A stretch of DNA of 51,115 nt from Minisyncoccota bacterium (GCA_039915165.1 JBDSNU010000017.1:68041-119155), one strand, 5' to 3'. Shown: positions 18,768 through 28,384, counted from the stretch's first letter. The notes: generated by a model from the letters alone, not told the origin. Program-made: numbers and translations.

Positions 18768-19904
18768 ATGAAAGAAATTGTAGAAGCGTTTAACGCCTTG
18801 GCGTTCATAACGCCGCGTACATTAAGTAGTATCGTTACTTTGGAAGAGTTGTCTCAAGAGGTGCAAAATGATTATCTAGAAGCATTTAATTATTTCCTCA
18901 CTCATTGTGGTAAATCAAAGAATCATCTAAAAGATTTAGCTAATGGTTTTTCCAATGATATCGATTTTTTCACTGTCACTGAATTATTTCCGCATGAGTT
19001 ATTAATAAAAAGCTACATGGGAGTAATGAATGAATGTGAAGGTAGTGGTATTGGATTTACTCCCTTACTATCAACGCATGACAATGAACTAATTCATGGA
19101 TTTAATTGTTTAGCTAAAACTATTGTACTTGGTGCATTAATTAAAAAACTGGGGCATATGATTAAACTCGCTCTCATGGTAGACCATGCGGCAGTATTGA
19201 TTGTTCGACCTGAAGGTAATTATTATTGCCGTATAGATCAGCAATCATTTATTTTGCTTCAGGGTACCTATCAGCAGCATGACCTTTATCAATGGTATAC
19301 CGTCCATCCCAGTGATGATTTACTCTTTCATTACATTGCTGTGCAAGATTTCAATAATGGGATTTTGAATGGTATATGTGAAAACTTTGCCTTTTTAAAA
19401 GTTATTAATGATATTGAAATTGGTGTCCATGAAAAAAGAATGAAAGCAATTCTTCAGGAAAAATATCCCTTTAAAGAATTGTTAGATACTATTGAGTGGA
19501 CACAATTACAACTTTCAATGTTTGGAAAAATGGATGCGTATCGACAAGAGCATGAGATTGAGTTTCTTATTGAATGTGAAAACGTCAATGAGCAACGTAC
19601 TATTATCAACCGTTGTGTAAAACAATTAGATGATGCCGTTGCTACGGCATTTGAGGTGTGTACCGGTGAGACTCTGGAAGGAAATAATCTTTACGACTTT
19701 TTGTACGGATGGGGTAGTGATCTTAAGGATTCATTCAAAAGTTTGGCAAATGGATTGTCATTAAATCTTCCTGAGTTTGAAATCATTATACCCAAAGGTC
19801 TTATTCCATTTATACAAGAATTACATACCCAACTCAAGGCGGATAAAATATTAAGAAAATACTTTATTTTACATACGCTGGGTGCTGTTGACAGAGTAGA
19901 ATAA
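18768..19904 (+). CDS. Hypothetical protein with candidate transglutaminase/papain-like Cys-His-Asp triad
   Basis: GFNCLAKTIVLGALIKKLG...MVDHAAVLI...YYCRID. Confidence 0.65.
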   Translation: MKEIVEAFNALAFITPRTLSSIVTLEELSQEVQNDYLEAFNYFLTHCGKSKNHLKDLANGFSNDIDFFTVTELFPHELLIKSYMGVMNECEGSGIGFTPLLSTHDNELIHGFNCLAKTIVLGALIKKLGHMIKLALMVDHAAVLIVRPEGNYYCRIDQQSFILLQGTYQQHDLYQWYTVHPSDDLLFHYIAVQDFNNGILNGICENFAFLKVINDIEIGVHEKRMKAILQEKYPFKELLDTIEWTQLQLSMFGKMDAYRQEHEIEFLIECENVNEQRTIINRCVKQLDDAVATAFEVCTGETLEGNNLYDFLYGWGSDLKDSFKSLANGLSLNLPEFEIIIPKGLIPFIQELHTQLKADKILRKYFILHTLGAVDRVE

Positions 19905-19934
19905 TCATGATATTTTAAGTTAAATTTAAAAATC

Positions 19935-20120
19935 ATGAAAGCAAAAGATTTAATCGATGAAAGTTTCCAGGAAAAGTTTAGTAATCTTTCACCTAAAGAA
20001 CAAGAAGCAGTTATTACTGCATTAAAAGCAAAACAAACAACTGAAACGCCTAAGCCTCCCGGTTTCACTCCTGAAAAATCAGTAATGAGTTCATTAATGG
20101 CACAAAAACACAACGCATAG
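19935..20120 (+). CDS. 61-aa hypothetical protein
   Basis: A-rich leader; lies between the previous gene and a terminator; plausible composition. Confidence 0.65.
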   Translation: MKAKDLIDESFQEKFSNLSPKEQEAVITALKAKQTTETPKPPGFTPEKSVMSSLMAQKHNA

Positions 20121-20141
20121 GTTTAACCGTTGCGCAAAAGT

Positions 20142-20169
20142 ACCCTTCCACACGGAAGGGGCTTTTTTT
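20142..20169 (+). terminator. Intrinsic terminator
   Basis: CCCTTCC-acac-GGAAGGG plus T7. Confidence 0.85.
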
Positions 20170-20211
20170 ATTCTTTAGTTTTTCTTGAACAACGAGTGAT
20201 ATACTCAGTAG

Positions 20212-20583
20212 ATGAAAAGCAGAAACATTCCGAAAAAAGAAATAACGAATGAAGATTTGACAGAAAAGCTAGAGATTTTTGCTAATAGAATTGAAACCAC
20301 ACTAATTCAAAAAATTGAGACTTCGATTAATGACATTGCTGAAATGACAGCCAGAGGATTTGACTCAATGGGGCAAAAACTCGATAGTCTTGAAAACAAG
20401 GTAGATAGGGTCGAAAATCGTTTAGACAGTGTAGAAAACACATTAACTAAAGTCGAAAAAAGACTAGACCGTGTTGAAGATAGGTTGGGTAGTATTGATG
20501 CACATGTTATTACTACTGAAAATAATCATAATCTACGTATAAGCACACTAGAAGATCAGATGAAAGTGGTATATCCTCATTAG
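20212..20583 (+). CDS. Coiled-coil heptad-repeat protein
   Basis: Tandem heptads LDSLENK/VDRVENR/LDSVENT/LTKVEKR/LDRVEDR; TGaTATACT 6 nt before the ATG. Confidence 0.8.
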   Translation: MKSRNIPKKEITNEDLTEKLEIFANRIETTLIQKIETSINDIAEMTARGFDSMGQKLDSLENKVDRVENRLDSVENTLTKVEKRLDRVEDRLGSIDAHVITTENNHNLRISTLEDQMKVVYPH

Positions 20584-20623
20584 GCTTTTAAAATTGGCTT
20601 TTTTCGAGTAGAATAGGTGGATT

Positions 20624-22054
20624 ATGGAACGAACATATATTGGTGATGCGGGAACGCATGCCGGAGAAACTGTACTATTGAAAGGATGGATCGACGTACG
20701 TCGTGACCAAGGTAAGTTGGTTTTTTTTGACTTCCGTGACATGACTGGCGTAATTCAAGGTGTTGTATTGCCAAATCGCGCCACTGAAATGGCAGATGCT
20801 GTAAAAGATGCTCGATCAGAGACTGTTGTTGCAGTTGAAGGTATTGTTAATAAGCGCCCAGAGCGCAATGTCCAGGCTGATAAACAGAATGGTGATATTG
20901 AATTAGAAATCACCGGTATTACCATCTTGAACAAAGCAGAGCCTTTGCCTTTTGAAATAAATACTGACACAAAAGAGGTAGGTGAAGATGTTCGTTTGAA
21001 ATATCGTTATCTTGATCTTCGTAGTGCACGTATGCAGCGCAATATGCGTAAGCGAGACGAAGTACAAAAATATGTGCGTGATTTTTTACATGATGAAAAA
21101 TTCATTGAAGTAGAAACTCCGATGCTTACTAAGTCGACACCAGAAGGTGCTCGCGACTTCGTTGTACCGTCACGTGTATATCCAGGTAGTTTTTATGCTC
21201 TACCGCAATCTCCTCAGCAATACAAACAACTCCTAATGACAGCAGGTATTGAACGATATTTCCAATTTGCTAAATGCATGCGCGATGAAGATGGTCGCGG
21301 TGATCGTCAACCAGAATTCACTCAACTCGACATGGAACTTAGTTTCGTTAACCGTGAAGATGTCATGACATTGAATGAAAAAATGCTTATCAGTATTGTG
21401 ACAACACTTTTCCCAGAAAAGCGTATTCAACAAGTACCATTTCCTCGCATTTCATATAAGGATGCAATGCAAAAATACGGCAATGATCGTCCTGATATTC
21501 GTGAAAACAAAGATGACGAAAACCTCTTAGCATTTTGTTGGGTAGTAGATTTTCCATTCTTTGAATCAACGAGTAAAAGTGATAATCCTGACGCACAAGG
21601 AGATTGGACATATACTCACAATCCATTTTCTCGTCCTATCGAAGAACATATGGACAATCTTATGGGTAAAAAAGATATTGGAGATATTCTGACAACTCAA
21701 TATGACATCTGTTTAAACGGATATGAAATTGGCGGTGGATCAATTCGTAACCACTCATTCGAAGCGCTTTCGAAAGTATTTGAATTGCTTGGACATAGCA
21801 TTGAAACTATTGAATCTGATTTTGGGCATATGTTGCAAGCTTTTAAACTAGGGACCCCCCCTCATGGTGGTATTGCTTGGGGGTTTGATCGCCTGATGAT
21901 GATCTTATTGAATGAAGCTAATATTCGTGAAGTAATGGCGTTTCCAAAAACTGGCGAAGGGAAGGATCCAATGATGGCAGCACCTGCACCAATCAGTGAT
22001 AAGCAAGTTGAAGAATTACATATAGTATTAAAGAAACTTAAGGATAATAAATAA
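20624..22054 (+). CDS. aspS: Aspartate--tRNA ligase, compact form lacking the GAD insertion
   Basis: RLKYRYLDLR, STPEGARDF, YALPQSPQQYKQLLM, DRQPEFTQLD, PPHGGIAWGFDR; only 476 aa. Confidence 0.97.
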   Translation: MERTYIGDAGTHAGETVLLKGWIDVRRDQGKLVFFDFRDMTGVIQGVVLPNRATEMADAVKDARSETVVAVEGIVNKRPERNVQADKQNGDIELEITGITILNKAEPLPFEINTDTKEVGEDVRLKYRYLDLRSARMQRNMRKRDEVQKYVRDFLHDEKFIEVETPMLTKSTPEGARDFVVPSRVYPGSFYALPQSPQQYKQLLMTAGIERYFQFAKCMRDEDGRGDRQPEFTQLDMELSFVNREDVMTLNEKMLISIVTTLFPEKRIQQVPFPRISYKDAMQKYGNDRPDIRENKDDENLLAFCWVVDFPFFESTSKSDNPDAQGDWTYTHNPFSRPIEEHMDNLMGKKDIGDILTTQYDICLNGYEIGGGSIRNHSFEALSKVFELLGHSIETIESDFGHMLQAFKLGTPPHGGIAWGFDRLMMILLNEANIREVMAFPKTGEGKDPMMAAPAPISDKQVEELHIVLKKLKDNK

Positions 22055-22055
22055 A

Positions 22056-23336
22056 ATGGGTATACTTTCTGAATTAAAAGTACAAAGATTTGATGGATCA
22101 TTGAAGAATGGCATCCGTGTTGTACTTTTATATCGAGAAAGTTCTCCTGTTACAACTTCGGCAATACTAAATTCTGGTTCTATATATGATCCAATGGATG
22201 CATTTGGAATGGCGCATTTCATAGAGCATATGATTATGAATGGTTCTCAGAAATTTCCCTCAAAAGATGTATTAGCAGAGCATATTGAATCAGTTGGAGG
22301 TGCTTTTGGTGCTCGCACAAATCAAGAATTTCTTATAGTTGATACTGAAGTTTCTGAAAAAGCAGACTATGGTAAGGTGGTTGATATTTTTGACGCCACA
22401 TTATGTAACCCATTAATGGATGAAAAAGTCTTTCATAATGAAAAGAAAATAGTAATAAAAGAAATACAAAAAAGTCTTTCTAATCCCGGGCAGCTTCAAA
22501 TTAAAGTGGGCAGAGAGCTATTCTTTACAGGAACACCCCAAGAGCATGAAGTGTTAGGTAATGAAAAATATATTAATTCTCTACAGTATTCAGAGATGAT
22601 TGCTACCCACGCTACATTATTTGATGCTTCTCGTATAACATTTATTGCAGCAGGAGATATTACAATTGAGGAATTAGTAAGTCATCTTAATACTCTTCAA
22701 TTTAACACTGGTAACCCTGGTACAAAAATAATTTTAGGTGATAATGGTTTGAAGAAAGAAAAAATAAAAACAGAGTTTTTTAATACTACGCAAACACATT
22801 TTATTTTAGGTATTCCTTCACCAAAAAATAATACAAAAGAAATGACACAGCTACACCTACTGGGTGCAATTATTGCAGGCGGGAGAAGTGCCCGTCTTAC
22901 TAAGCGATTGCGCTATGATAAAGGTTTAATATATAGCATCCATACCACCCGTTTTGGTACGAGTGCTATGGGGGAATGGGGCATACAATCAGATACTTCC
23001 GAAGATAAAATGCAAGAAGTAATCACTGAGATTATTTTAGAGATCAAAGATTTACAAAAGCATGGTGTAAAAGAAAGTGAATTAGAATTTGTTAAGAATA
23101 AAAAAATAAAGTCTTTTCGTCGAAATACGCAAACCTCAAAAGACTGGGTAGAAATGTATATGCAACCAGAGGCAGTTGAATCACGCTCATTTGATATTGA
23201 GACTTATATTTCACATGTGGAAAATACTACAACAGATGATATCAAAATAATCATTGATACTTATTTTTCTAATGATAAGTGGCAATTGGCAATGGTGGGA
23301 AGGACTTCTCCCGACGCAATCACATTGAATTGGTAA
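22056..23336 (+). CDS. M16 family (pitrilysin-like) zinc peptidase
   Basis: GMAHFIEHM inverted HxxEH motif; SARLTKRLRYDKGLIY. Confidence 0.92.
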   Translation: MGILSELKVQRFDGSLKNGIRVVLLYRESSPVTTSAILNSGSIYDPMDAFGMAHFIEHMIMNGSQKFPSKDVLAEHIESVGGAFGARTNQEFLIVDTEVSEKADYGKVVDIFDATLCNPLMDEKVFHNEKKIVIKEIQKSLSNPGQLQIKVGRELFFTGTPQEHEVLGNEKYINSLQYSEMIATHATLFDASRITFIAAGDITIEELVSHLNTLQFNTGNPGTKIILGDNGLKKEKIKTEFFNTTQTHFILGIPSPKNNTKEMTQLHLLGAIIAGGRSARLTKRLRYDKGLIYSIHTTRFGTSAMGEWGIQSDTSEDKMQEVITEIILEIKDLQKHGVKESELEFVKNKKIKSFRRNTQTSKDWVEMYMQPEAVESRSFDIETYISHVENTTTDDIKIIIDTYFSNDKWQLAMVGRTSPDAITLNW

Positions 23337-23338
23337 AT

Positions 23339-23366
23339 TTGACGAAAATTTTAAAAAGAGTACAGT
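23339..23366 (+). promoter_or_regulatory. Promoter TTGACG-N16-TACAGT pointing into an ORF-less region
   Basis: Same architecture as other TTGAC-N16 promoters in the window. Confidence 0.55.
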
Positions 23367-23370
23367 AAAA

Positions 23371-23710
23371 GGGTAGCAGATTCGTTTCGTCTCTACTACA
23401 CGTTCGACAAGTCGAACACATTACAATCTGTGGATAATAAGTGTCATTTGACTATTATTATCTAAGGCACTGCAAGCCCTCAGACCCCGTGTGTTCATAA
23501 TGTATTTTATCTGACCTAGAGTCAGCACGAGCGAACAATTTTTATCGAAATATACTGTTTTCATTATATTTCACCCCATTTGTACCTTTTATATCTTCTG
23601 TACATTCAACTTACTATTATTTTCTTTTGTCCTTTTTCACAATTCAATACTACGTTCGTTACTCCCGTAACACCTGGCCCCTTTCATTTTTATGAAAGGG
23701 GCGTTTCATT
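23371..23710 (+). ncRNA. Candidate structured non-coding RNA (~330 nt), family unrecognised
   Basis: Promoter upstream, terminator at 23677-23702, several hairpins in the 5' half, no plus-strand ATG ORF of useful length. Confidence 0.45.
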
Positions 23711-23712
23711 TT
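23677..23712 (+). terminator. Intrinsic terminator
   Basis: GCCCCTTTCAT-tttt-ATGAAAGGGGC followed by GTTTCATTTTT. Confidence 0.75.
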
Positions 23713-23744
23713 TGTACTTTAAAGCGGTATAATACTGGCACCAT

Positions 23745-24521
23745 ATGGAAACTGAAACTATTTTTAAGGTGAAGCAGGATGTTTTCGAAGGGCCCGTTGA
23801 AGTACTGTTGGAATTGATTGAAAAGCGAAAGCTATTTGTTAATGATGTGTCTTTGGCAGCGGTAACTGATGACTTCATTCAATTCATGCAGACTGTTGGC
23901 ATGCAGGCAGGAGAAACGGCAATTTTTTTGGCAGTTGCTGCAACATTGATTTTGATCAAAGCACGCTCACTACTTCCTAATCTTGAACTTAGTCCAGAGG
24001 AAGCAGAATCCATCACCGACCTTGAGCGACGTGTGGCCCTGTATCAGATCATTAGTCATGTTTCTGCGGATCTAATAAAAGCATATGGCAAGAAAGTTTC
24101 GTTCGAAGGTGTTCGGCGTTTGACTGGAGTGGTATTTGCTCCTGATGAAAAACTAACGCTTGATCAACTACCGCAACTCATTGCAGAGATGTTGGGGCGA
24201 GTACCGCCACCGGTGGCCAAAAAACCAGAAGCCCGTGTGTATAAAACAATTTCTATTACGGAAGTATTGTCTACATTGCAGGAGCGTATCGAACGAGCAA
24301 TGTCTACTAGTTTCAATGCCATACGCGTTGCATCACCAGATATGGATGATCGTAGCCAGAAGGTCTACACTATCGTCTCATTTCTTGGTATGCTAGAGCT
24401 GGTACGACGTGGAATTGTAGCCGCAGAGCAATCCGCATTGTTTGAAGATATCACTTTGCAGAAGAGTGAAGCTCCTGTTGAACAACAACCATTCCCGTCA
24501 GCTGAATCACTTTACGAATAA
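23745..24521 (+). CDS. scpA: Segregation and condensation protein A
   Basis: FEGPVEVLLELIEKRKL, FLAVAATLILIKARSLLP, SFLGMLELVRRG. Confidence 0.95.
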   Translation: METETIFKVKQDVFEGPVEVLLELIEKRKLFVNDVSLAAVTDDFIQFMQTVGMQAGETAIFLAVAATLILIKARSLLPNLELSPEEAESITDLERRVALYQIISHVSADLIKAYGKKVSFEGVRRLTGVVFAPDEKLTLDQLPQLIAEMLGRVPPPVAKKPEARVYKTISITEVLSTLQERIERAMSTSFNAIRVASPDMDDRSQKVYTIVSFLGMLELVRRGIVAAEQSALFEDITLQKSEAPVEQQPFPSAESLYE

Positions 24522-24523
24522 TT

Positions 24524-25054
24524 ATGAACAAACTCTCACTTACAATTGAAAGTATCCTTTTTGCTACTGCGGATGCATACACCATCACATCATTAGCAAA
24601 ACTAGTAGAAGTTTCTGATGCAGAAATCGAAGAAGCCTTGAATGAACTGGCCCTTTCGCTTGAGCAGCATTCAATAATGCTTGTTCGTCAGGGTGACAGT
24701 GTGACATTGGCTACTCGTCCAGAACACAGTGCAATTTTGGAAACATTACGTAAAGAAGAGTTACAAAAAGACCTTAGTAAAGCAAGTGCTGAAACATTGG
24801 CTGTAATCATCTATAAGCCAGGGGCAACAAAAGCTGAAATTGAACTTATTCGCGGAGTAAATGCTTCATATTCATTACGCGCATTGCAAATTCGTGGATT
24901 AATTGAAACAAAAGGTGTTGGTCGCGCAATAACATATCATCCAACATTGGCGCTACTCGAGTCATTTGGGGTGGCAGACAAAGATCAGTTACCCGCATAT
25001 GCCGAAACAATGGAGAAATTGGCGACATTACTTGTTCAATCTGAAGAACTATAA
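24524..25054 (+). CDS. scpB: Segregation and condensation protein B
   Basis: IESILFA, LSKASAETLAVIIY, IELIRGVN; follows scpA. Confidence 0.95.
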   Translation: MNKLSLTIESILFATADAYTITSLAKLVEVSDAEIEEALNELALSLEQHSIMLVRQGDSVTLATRPEHSAILETLRKEELQKDLSKASAETLAVIIYKPGATKAEIELIRGVNASYSLRALQIRGLIETKGVGRAITYHPTLALLESFGVADKDQLPAYAETMEKLATLLVQSEEL

Positions 25055-25056
25055 TT

Positions 25057-26124
25057 ATGATGCTTGATGCTATTAAAATTTTCTTACCCACAACACTCGT
25101 ATTTATTATTGGTATTGTTATTACGCCGTTCTTGACCAAGATCATGTATGATCGAAAACTTTGGAAGAAAAATAATCGCGCTCAAGAATCTGATATTACA
25201 AACAAAGATTTTGCGACTATTCATGATGGTGTAGCAGAAGTCGCTACACCGCGCGTTGGTGGAGTGATCATTTGGCTTTCAGTGCTTATTTGTATCTCAG
25301 TAATGTGGATTGTATCAAAAGCTTTTCCCACAGCATTGTTATTAAAATTAGATTTTTTTAGTAAAAACCAAACACTCGTACCATTAGCAGCACTATTGCT
25401 CGGTTCATGGATTGGTCTTGCGGATGACTTGTTACAAGTAAAAGGCACGATCGGTACTACCTCAAGTGATGTATTGGGGAATCGCTGGGTGAAAATCGCC
25501 ATGATTGTTGTTATTGGTCTTGCTGTAGCTTCGTGGTTTTATTTTAAACTTGGGGTGACAGGGATATTGATTCCATTTGTTCCTGCGATCTTCAGTTTAG
25601 GAATATTTTTTATTCCATTTTTCATAATTATCATGCTAGGCGTATTTTCAACCTCTGTAATTGATGGACTTGATGGTCTGGCTGGCGGCGTACTCGCAAT
25701 TGTTTTTGCTGCCTATGCAGTAATTGCTGCCGCGCAAAATCAAATAGATATTGCTGCTCTTTGTGCGGTGATTACAGGCGCTATTTTGGCATTTCTTTGG
25801 TTCAATATCCCACCTGCACGATTTTATATGGGGGAGACAGGCATGCTCGGGTTAACTGTAGTGCTAACTGTTATTGCATTTCTTACTAATACCGTACTAC
25901 TCCTTCCTATTATTGCATTACCGCTTACTGCAACTACTGCTTCAGTGATTATTCAAATAACTGGATATAAATATTTTGGCAAGCGTCGCGTATTTAAAGT
26001 CGCACCGCTTCATCACCATTTCCGAGCATTAGGCTGGTCAAAAGAAAAAGTAGTAATGCGATATTGGGTGGTCTCAATTATTTCTGCAATTATCGGCGTA
26101 GTCATTGCAATAATCAGTAAATAA
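25057..26124 (+). CDS. mraY: Phospho-N-acetylmuramoyl-pentapeptide transferase
   Basis: TPRVGG, GLADD, DGLDGL, FNIPPARFYMGETG, APLHHHF. Confidence 0.95.
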   Translation: MMLDAIKIFLPTTLVFIIGIVITPFLTKIMYDRKLWKKNNRAQESDITNKDFATIHDGVAEVATPRVGGVIIWLSVLICISVMWIVSKAFPTALLLKLDFFSKNQTLVPLAALLLGSWIGLADDLLQVKGTIGTTSSDVLGNRWVKIAMIVVIGLAVASWFYFKLGVTGILIPFVPAIFSLGIFFIPFFIIIMLGVFSTSVIDGLDGLAGGVLAIVFAAYAVIAAAQNQIDIAALCAVITGAILAFLWFNIPPARFYMGETGMLGLTVVLTVIAFLTNTVLLLPIIALPLTATTASVIIQITGYKYFGKRRVFKVAPLHHHFRALGWSKEKVVMRYWVVSIISAIIGVVIAIISK

Positions 26125-26125
26125 T

Positions 26126-27235
26126 ATGGTTGTAGTTAAACCTAAACAATTTGATACATATTTTTTTGGTATTGTTTTACTCATTTCCGTAATTGGTATT
26201 TTCTCATTCGTTTCTGCATCATTAGGAATTTTGGCACACAGTGAGACGAAGTTTTACGGCGTCTTGTTTGGTCAAATTGTATTAGGGTTTATCGGTGGCC
26301 TAACAGCTATGTGGTTCGCCATTAAAATCCCATATCATTTTTGGCGCAATCATGCTTTTTTTATTTTCATAGCAACATTGATTTTGACTTTAGCTGTATT
26401 TATTCCGCATCTCGGTTTCGCTCATGGTGGTGCTCGTCGCTGGATTTCTGTACTCGGCGTTTCATTTCAGCCAGCTGAATTATTAAAATTAGGATTTGTA
26501 ACGTATTTTGCTGCATGGCTTGCATGGACTAGTAAGAAGCAAGAAGAGTTTAAATATAAATTATTGCCGCTGATTATCATGCTTGGTCTTGTTGCAGGGG
26601 CATTATTGTTACAGCCTGATACAAAAAGTTTGATCCTAATTACCGCAGCTGCTTGTAGTATGTTATTTGTTTCCGGTGTATCGTGGAAGAAAATCCTCGG
26701 TATCGTTGGTATCGGTATCGTTGGCATCATCTTATTGGCACTTGTACGCCCATATCTGATGAATCGTATCAAGACATATATCAATCCTTCAAGTGATGCA
26801 CAAGGTGCTTCATATCAGCTGCAACAGGGATTAATTGCAATTGGTAGTGGTGGCTTAGTGGGAAGAGGGCTCGGTCAAAGTGTTCAAAAGTTTAATTACT
26901 TGCCTGAGCCACAAGGGGACTCAATCTATGCAGTGATTGGGGAAGAGTTTGGTTTTATCGGCAGCGCATTGCTCGTAGTGCTGTATGTCTTCCTTTCAAT
27001 TCGTGGATATAAAATTGCCATGCAGTCCCGCGATATGTTCGGGCAATATTTAGTTGTCGGTATTATTACAATACTTGTCGCACAATCATTTTTGAATATG
27101 GCATCATTGGTTGGATTATTCCCGCTGACAGGCGTTCCACTAGTCTTCATCTCACAAGGTGGCACGTCACTCCTTATCGCACTCTTTGCTTCAGGGATGG
27201 TGCTCAATGTTTCCAGATATCAAAAGAAAGTGTAA
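26126..27235 (+). CDS. ftsW: SEDS family peptidoglycan glycosyltransferase FtsW
   Basis: GARRWI, FQPAELLK, LLQPD, YLPEPQGDSIYAVIGEEFG, TGVPLVFISQGGTS; between mraY and murG. Confidence 0.93.
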   Translation: MVVVKPKQFDTYFFGIVLLISVIGIFSFVSASLGILAHSETKFYGVLFGQIVLGFIGGLTAMWFAIKIPYHFWRNHAFFIFIATLILTLAVFIPHLGFAHGGARRWISVLGVSFQPAELLKLGFVTYFAAWLAWTSKKQEEFKYKLLPLIIMLGLVAGALLLQPDTKSLILITAAACSMLFVSGVSWKKILGIVGIGIVGIILLALVRPYLMNRIKTYINPSSDAQGASYQLQQGLIAIGSGGLVGRGLGQSVQKFNYLPEPQGDSIYAVIGEEFGFIGSALLVVLYVFLSIRGYKIAMQSRDMFGQYLVVGIITILVAQSFLNMASLVGLFPLTGVPLVFISQGGTSLLIALFASGMVLNVSRYQKKV

Positions 27236-27247
27236 AATAAGGATATT

Positions 27248-28381
27248 ATGAAAATTTTGTTGATAGGTGGAGGAACTGGTGGGCACGTATATCCATTAAT
27301 TGCGATTGCAGAAGAGCTCAATCGTATTGCTGATGAAGAAAAAATTGCCAATTTTAAGTTGTATTATATGGCTGACGCGCCATTTGATCAAAAAGCACTC
27401 GATGAACAATTTATTACCTTTATTCCTATTACAGCAGGGAAGTTGCGTATATATTTTTCATTGCAAAACTTTTTTGACCTTTTTAAGACATTCTTTGGCA
27501 CTATTGGCGCTTTTTTCAAATTATTTAATCTCTACCCTGATGTCATTATTAGTAAGGGTGGCTATGCTAGTTTTCCAGTATTACTCTCTGCACGAATTTT
27601 GCGCATCCCGATTATTATTCATGAATCAGATACAGTACCAGGTCGCGTAAGTCAGTGGTCAGGCAAGTTTGCTCGACGTATTGCATTATCATACCCAGAA
27701 GCGGCACAATATTTCGATGAAAAGAAAATTGCTCTAACAGGACAGCCGGTGCGTAAGAGTATTGCATTTGCTGCTCGTGAAGGTGCAAAAGAATTCTTTG
27801 AACTTGATCCATCTTTGCCAGTGATCGGTGTTATTGGAGGATCCCAAGGTGCAAAAATTATTAATGACACTATTACTTCACTACTCGTAGAGTTGGTACA
27901 AGACTATCAAGTAATTCACCAAGCTGGCCCAAAAAATTATGAAGAAACACTTACTGATGCCGTAGTATTGTTAGGTGAAAGCACGAAGCGTACTCGTTAC
28001 AAAATTTTCCCTTATTTTAATGATCTGCAAACAAAAATGTTTGGTGGAGCTGTAGATATAATTATTTCTCGAGCAGGTTCATCTCTCTATGAGATCGCAG
28101 CTTGGGGCAAGCCTTCTATTATCATTCCTATTCCGGTAACAAATTCACATGGAGACCATCAGCGCAAAAATGCGTACCACTACGCCCGTACAGGCGCATG
28201 TGTAGTTATTGAACAAGCCAACCTTACTCCTTCGGTATTGAAAAATGAAATTGACTTACTGTTAACACACAAAGATCAATACGATGCGATGGCGGAACGT
28301 GCCAAAAACTTTTATAAGCCAGATGCAGGACGACTTATTGCTACTGAAGCAATCGCTATCGCACTACAACACGAAAAATAA
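27248..28381 (+). CDS. murG: Undecaprenyl-PP-MurNAc-pentapeptide GlcNAc transferase
   Basis: GGGTGGHVYP, KGGYAS, HESD..PG, GGSQGA, ISRAG, HQRKNA. Confidence 0.96.
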   Translation: MKILLIGGGTGGHVYPLIAIAEELNRIADEEKIANFKLYYMADAPFDQKALDEQFITFIPITAGKLRIYFSLQNFFDLFKTFFGTIGAFFKLFNLYPDVIISKGGYASFPVLLSARILRIPIIIHESDTVPGRVSQWSGKFARRIALSYPEAAQYFDEKKIALTGQPVRKSIAFAAREGAKEFFELDPSLPVIGVIGGSQGAKIINDTITSLLVELVQDYQVIHQAGPKNYEETLTDAVVLLGESTKRTRYKIFPYFNDLQTKMFGGAVDIIISRAGSSLYEIAAWGKPSIIIPIPVTNSHGDHQRKNAYHYARTGACVVIEQANLTPSVLKNEIDLLLTHKDQYDAMAERAKNFYKPDAGRLIATEAIAIALQHEK

Positions 28382-28384
28382 AAA

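Noticed and set aside
20380-20490. 21-nt periodic repeats
   Set aside because: These are degenerate coding heptads of a coiled coil, not a DNA repeat array or CRISPR.
23371-23710. tmRNA, RNase P, SRP or 6S assignment for the intergenic unit
   Set aside because: No tRNA-like ends or T-arm, no GAGGAAAGTCC, no SRP loop motif and no long end-to-end duplex; kept only as an unassigned candidate.
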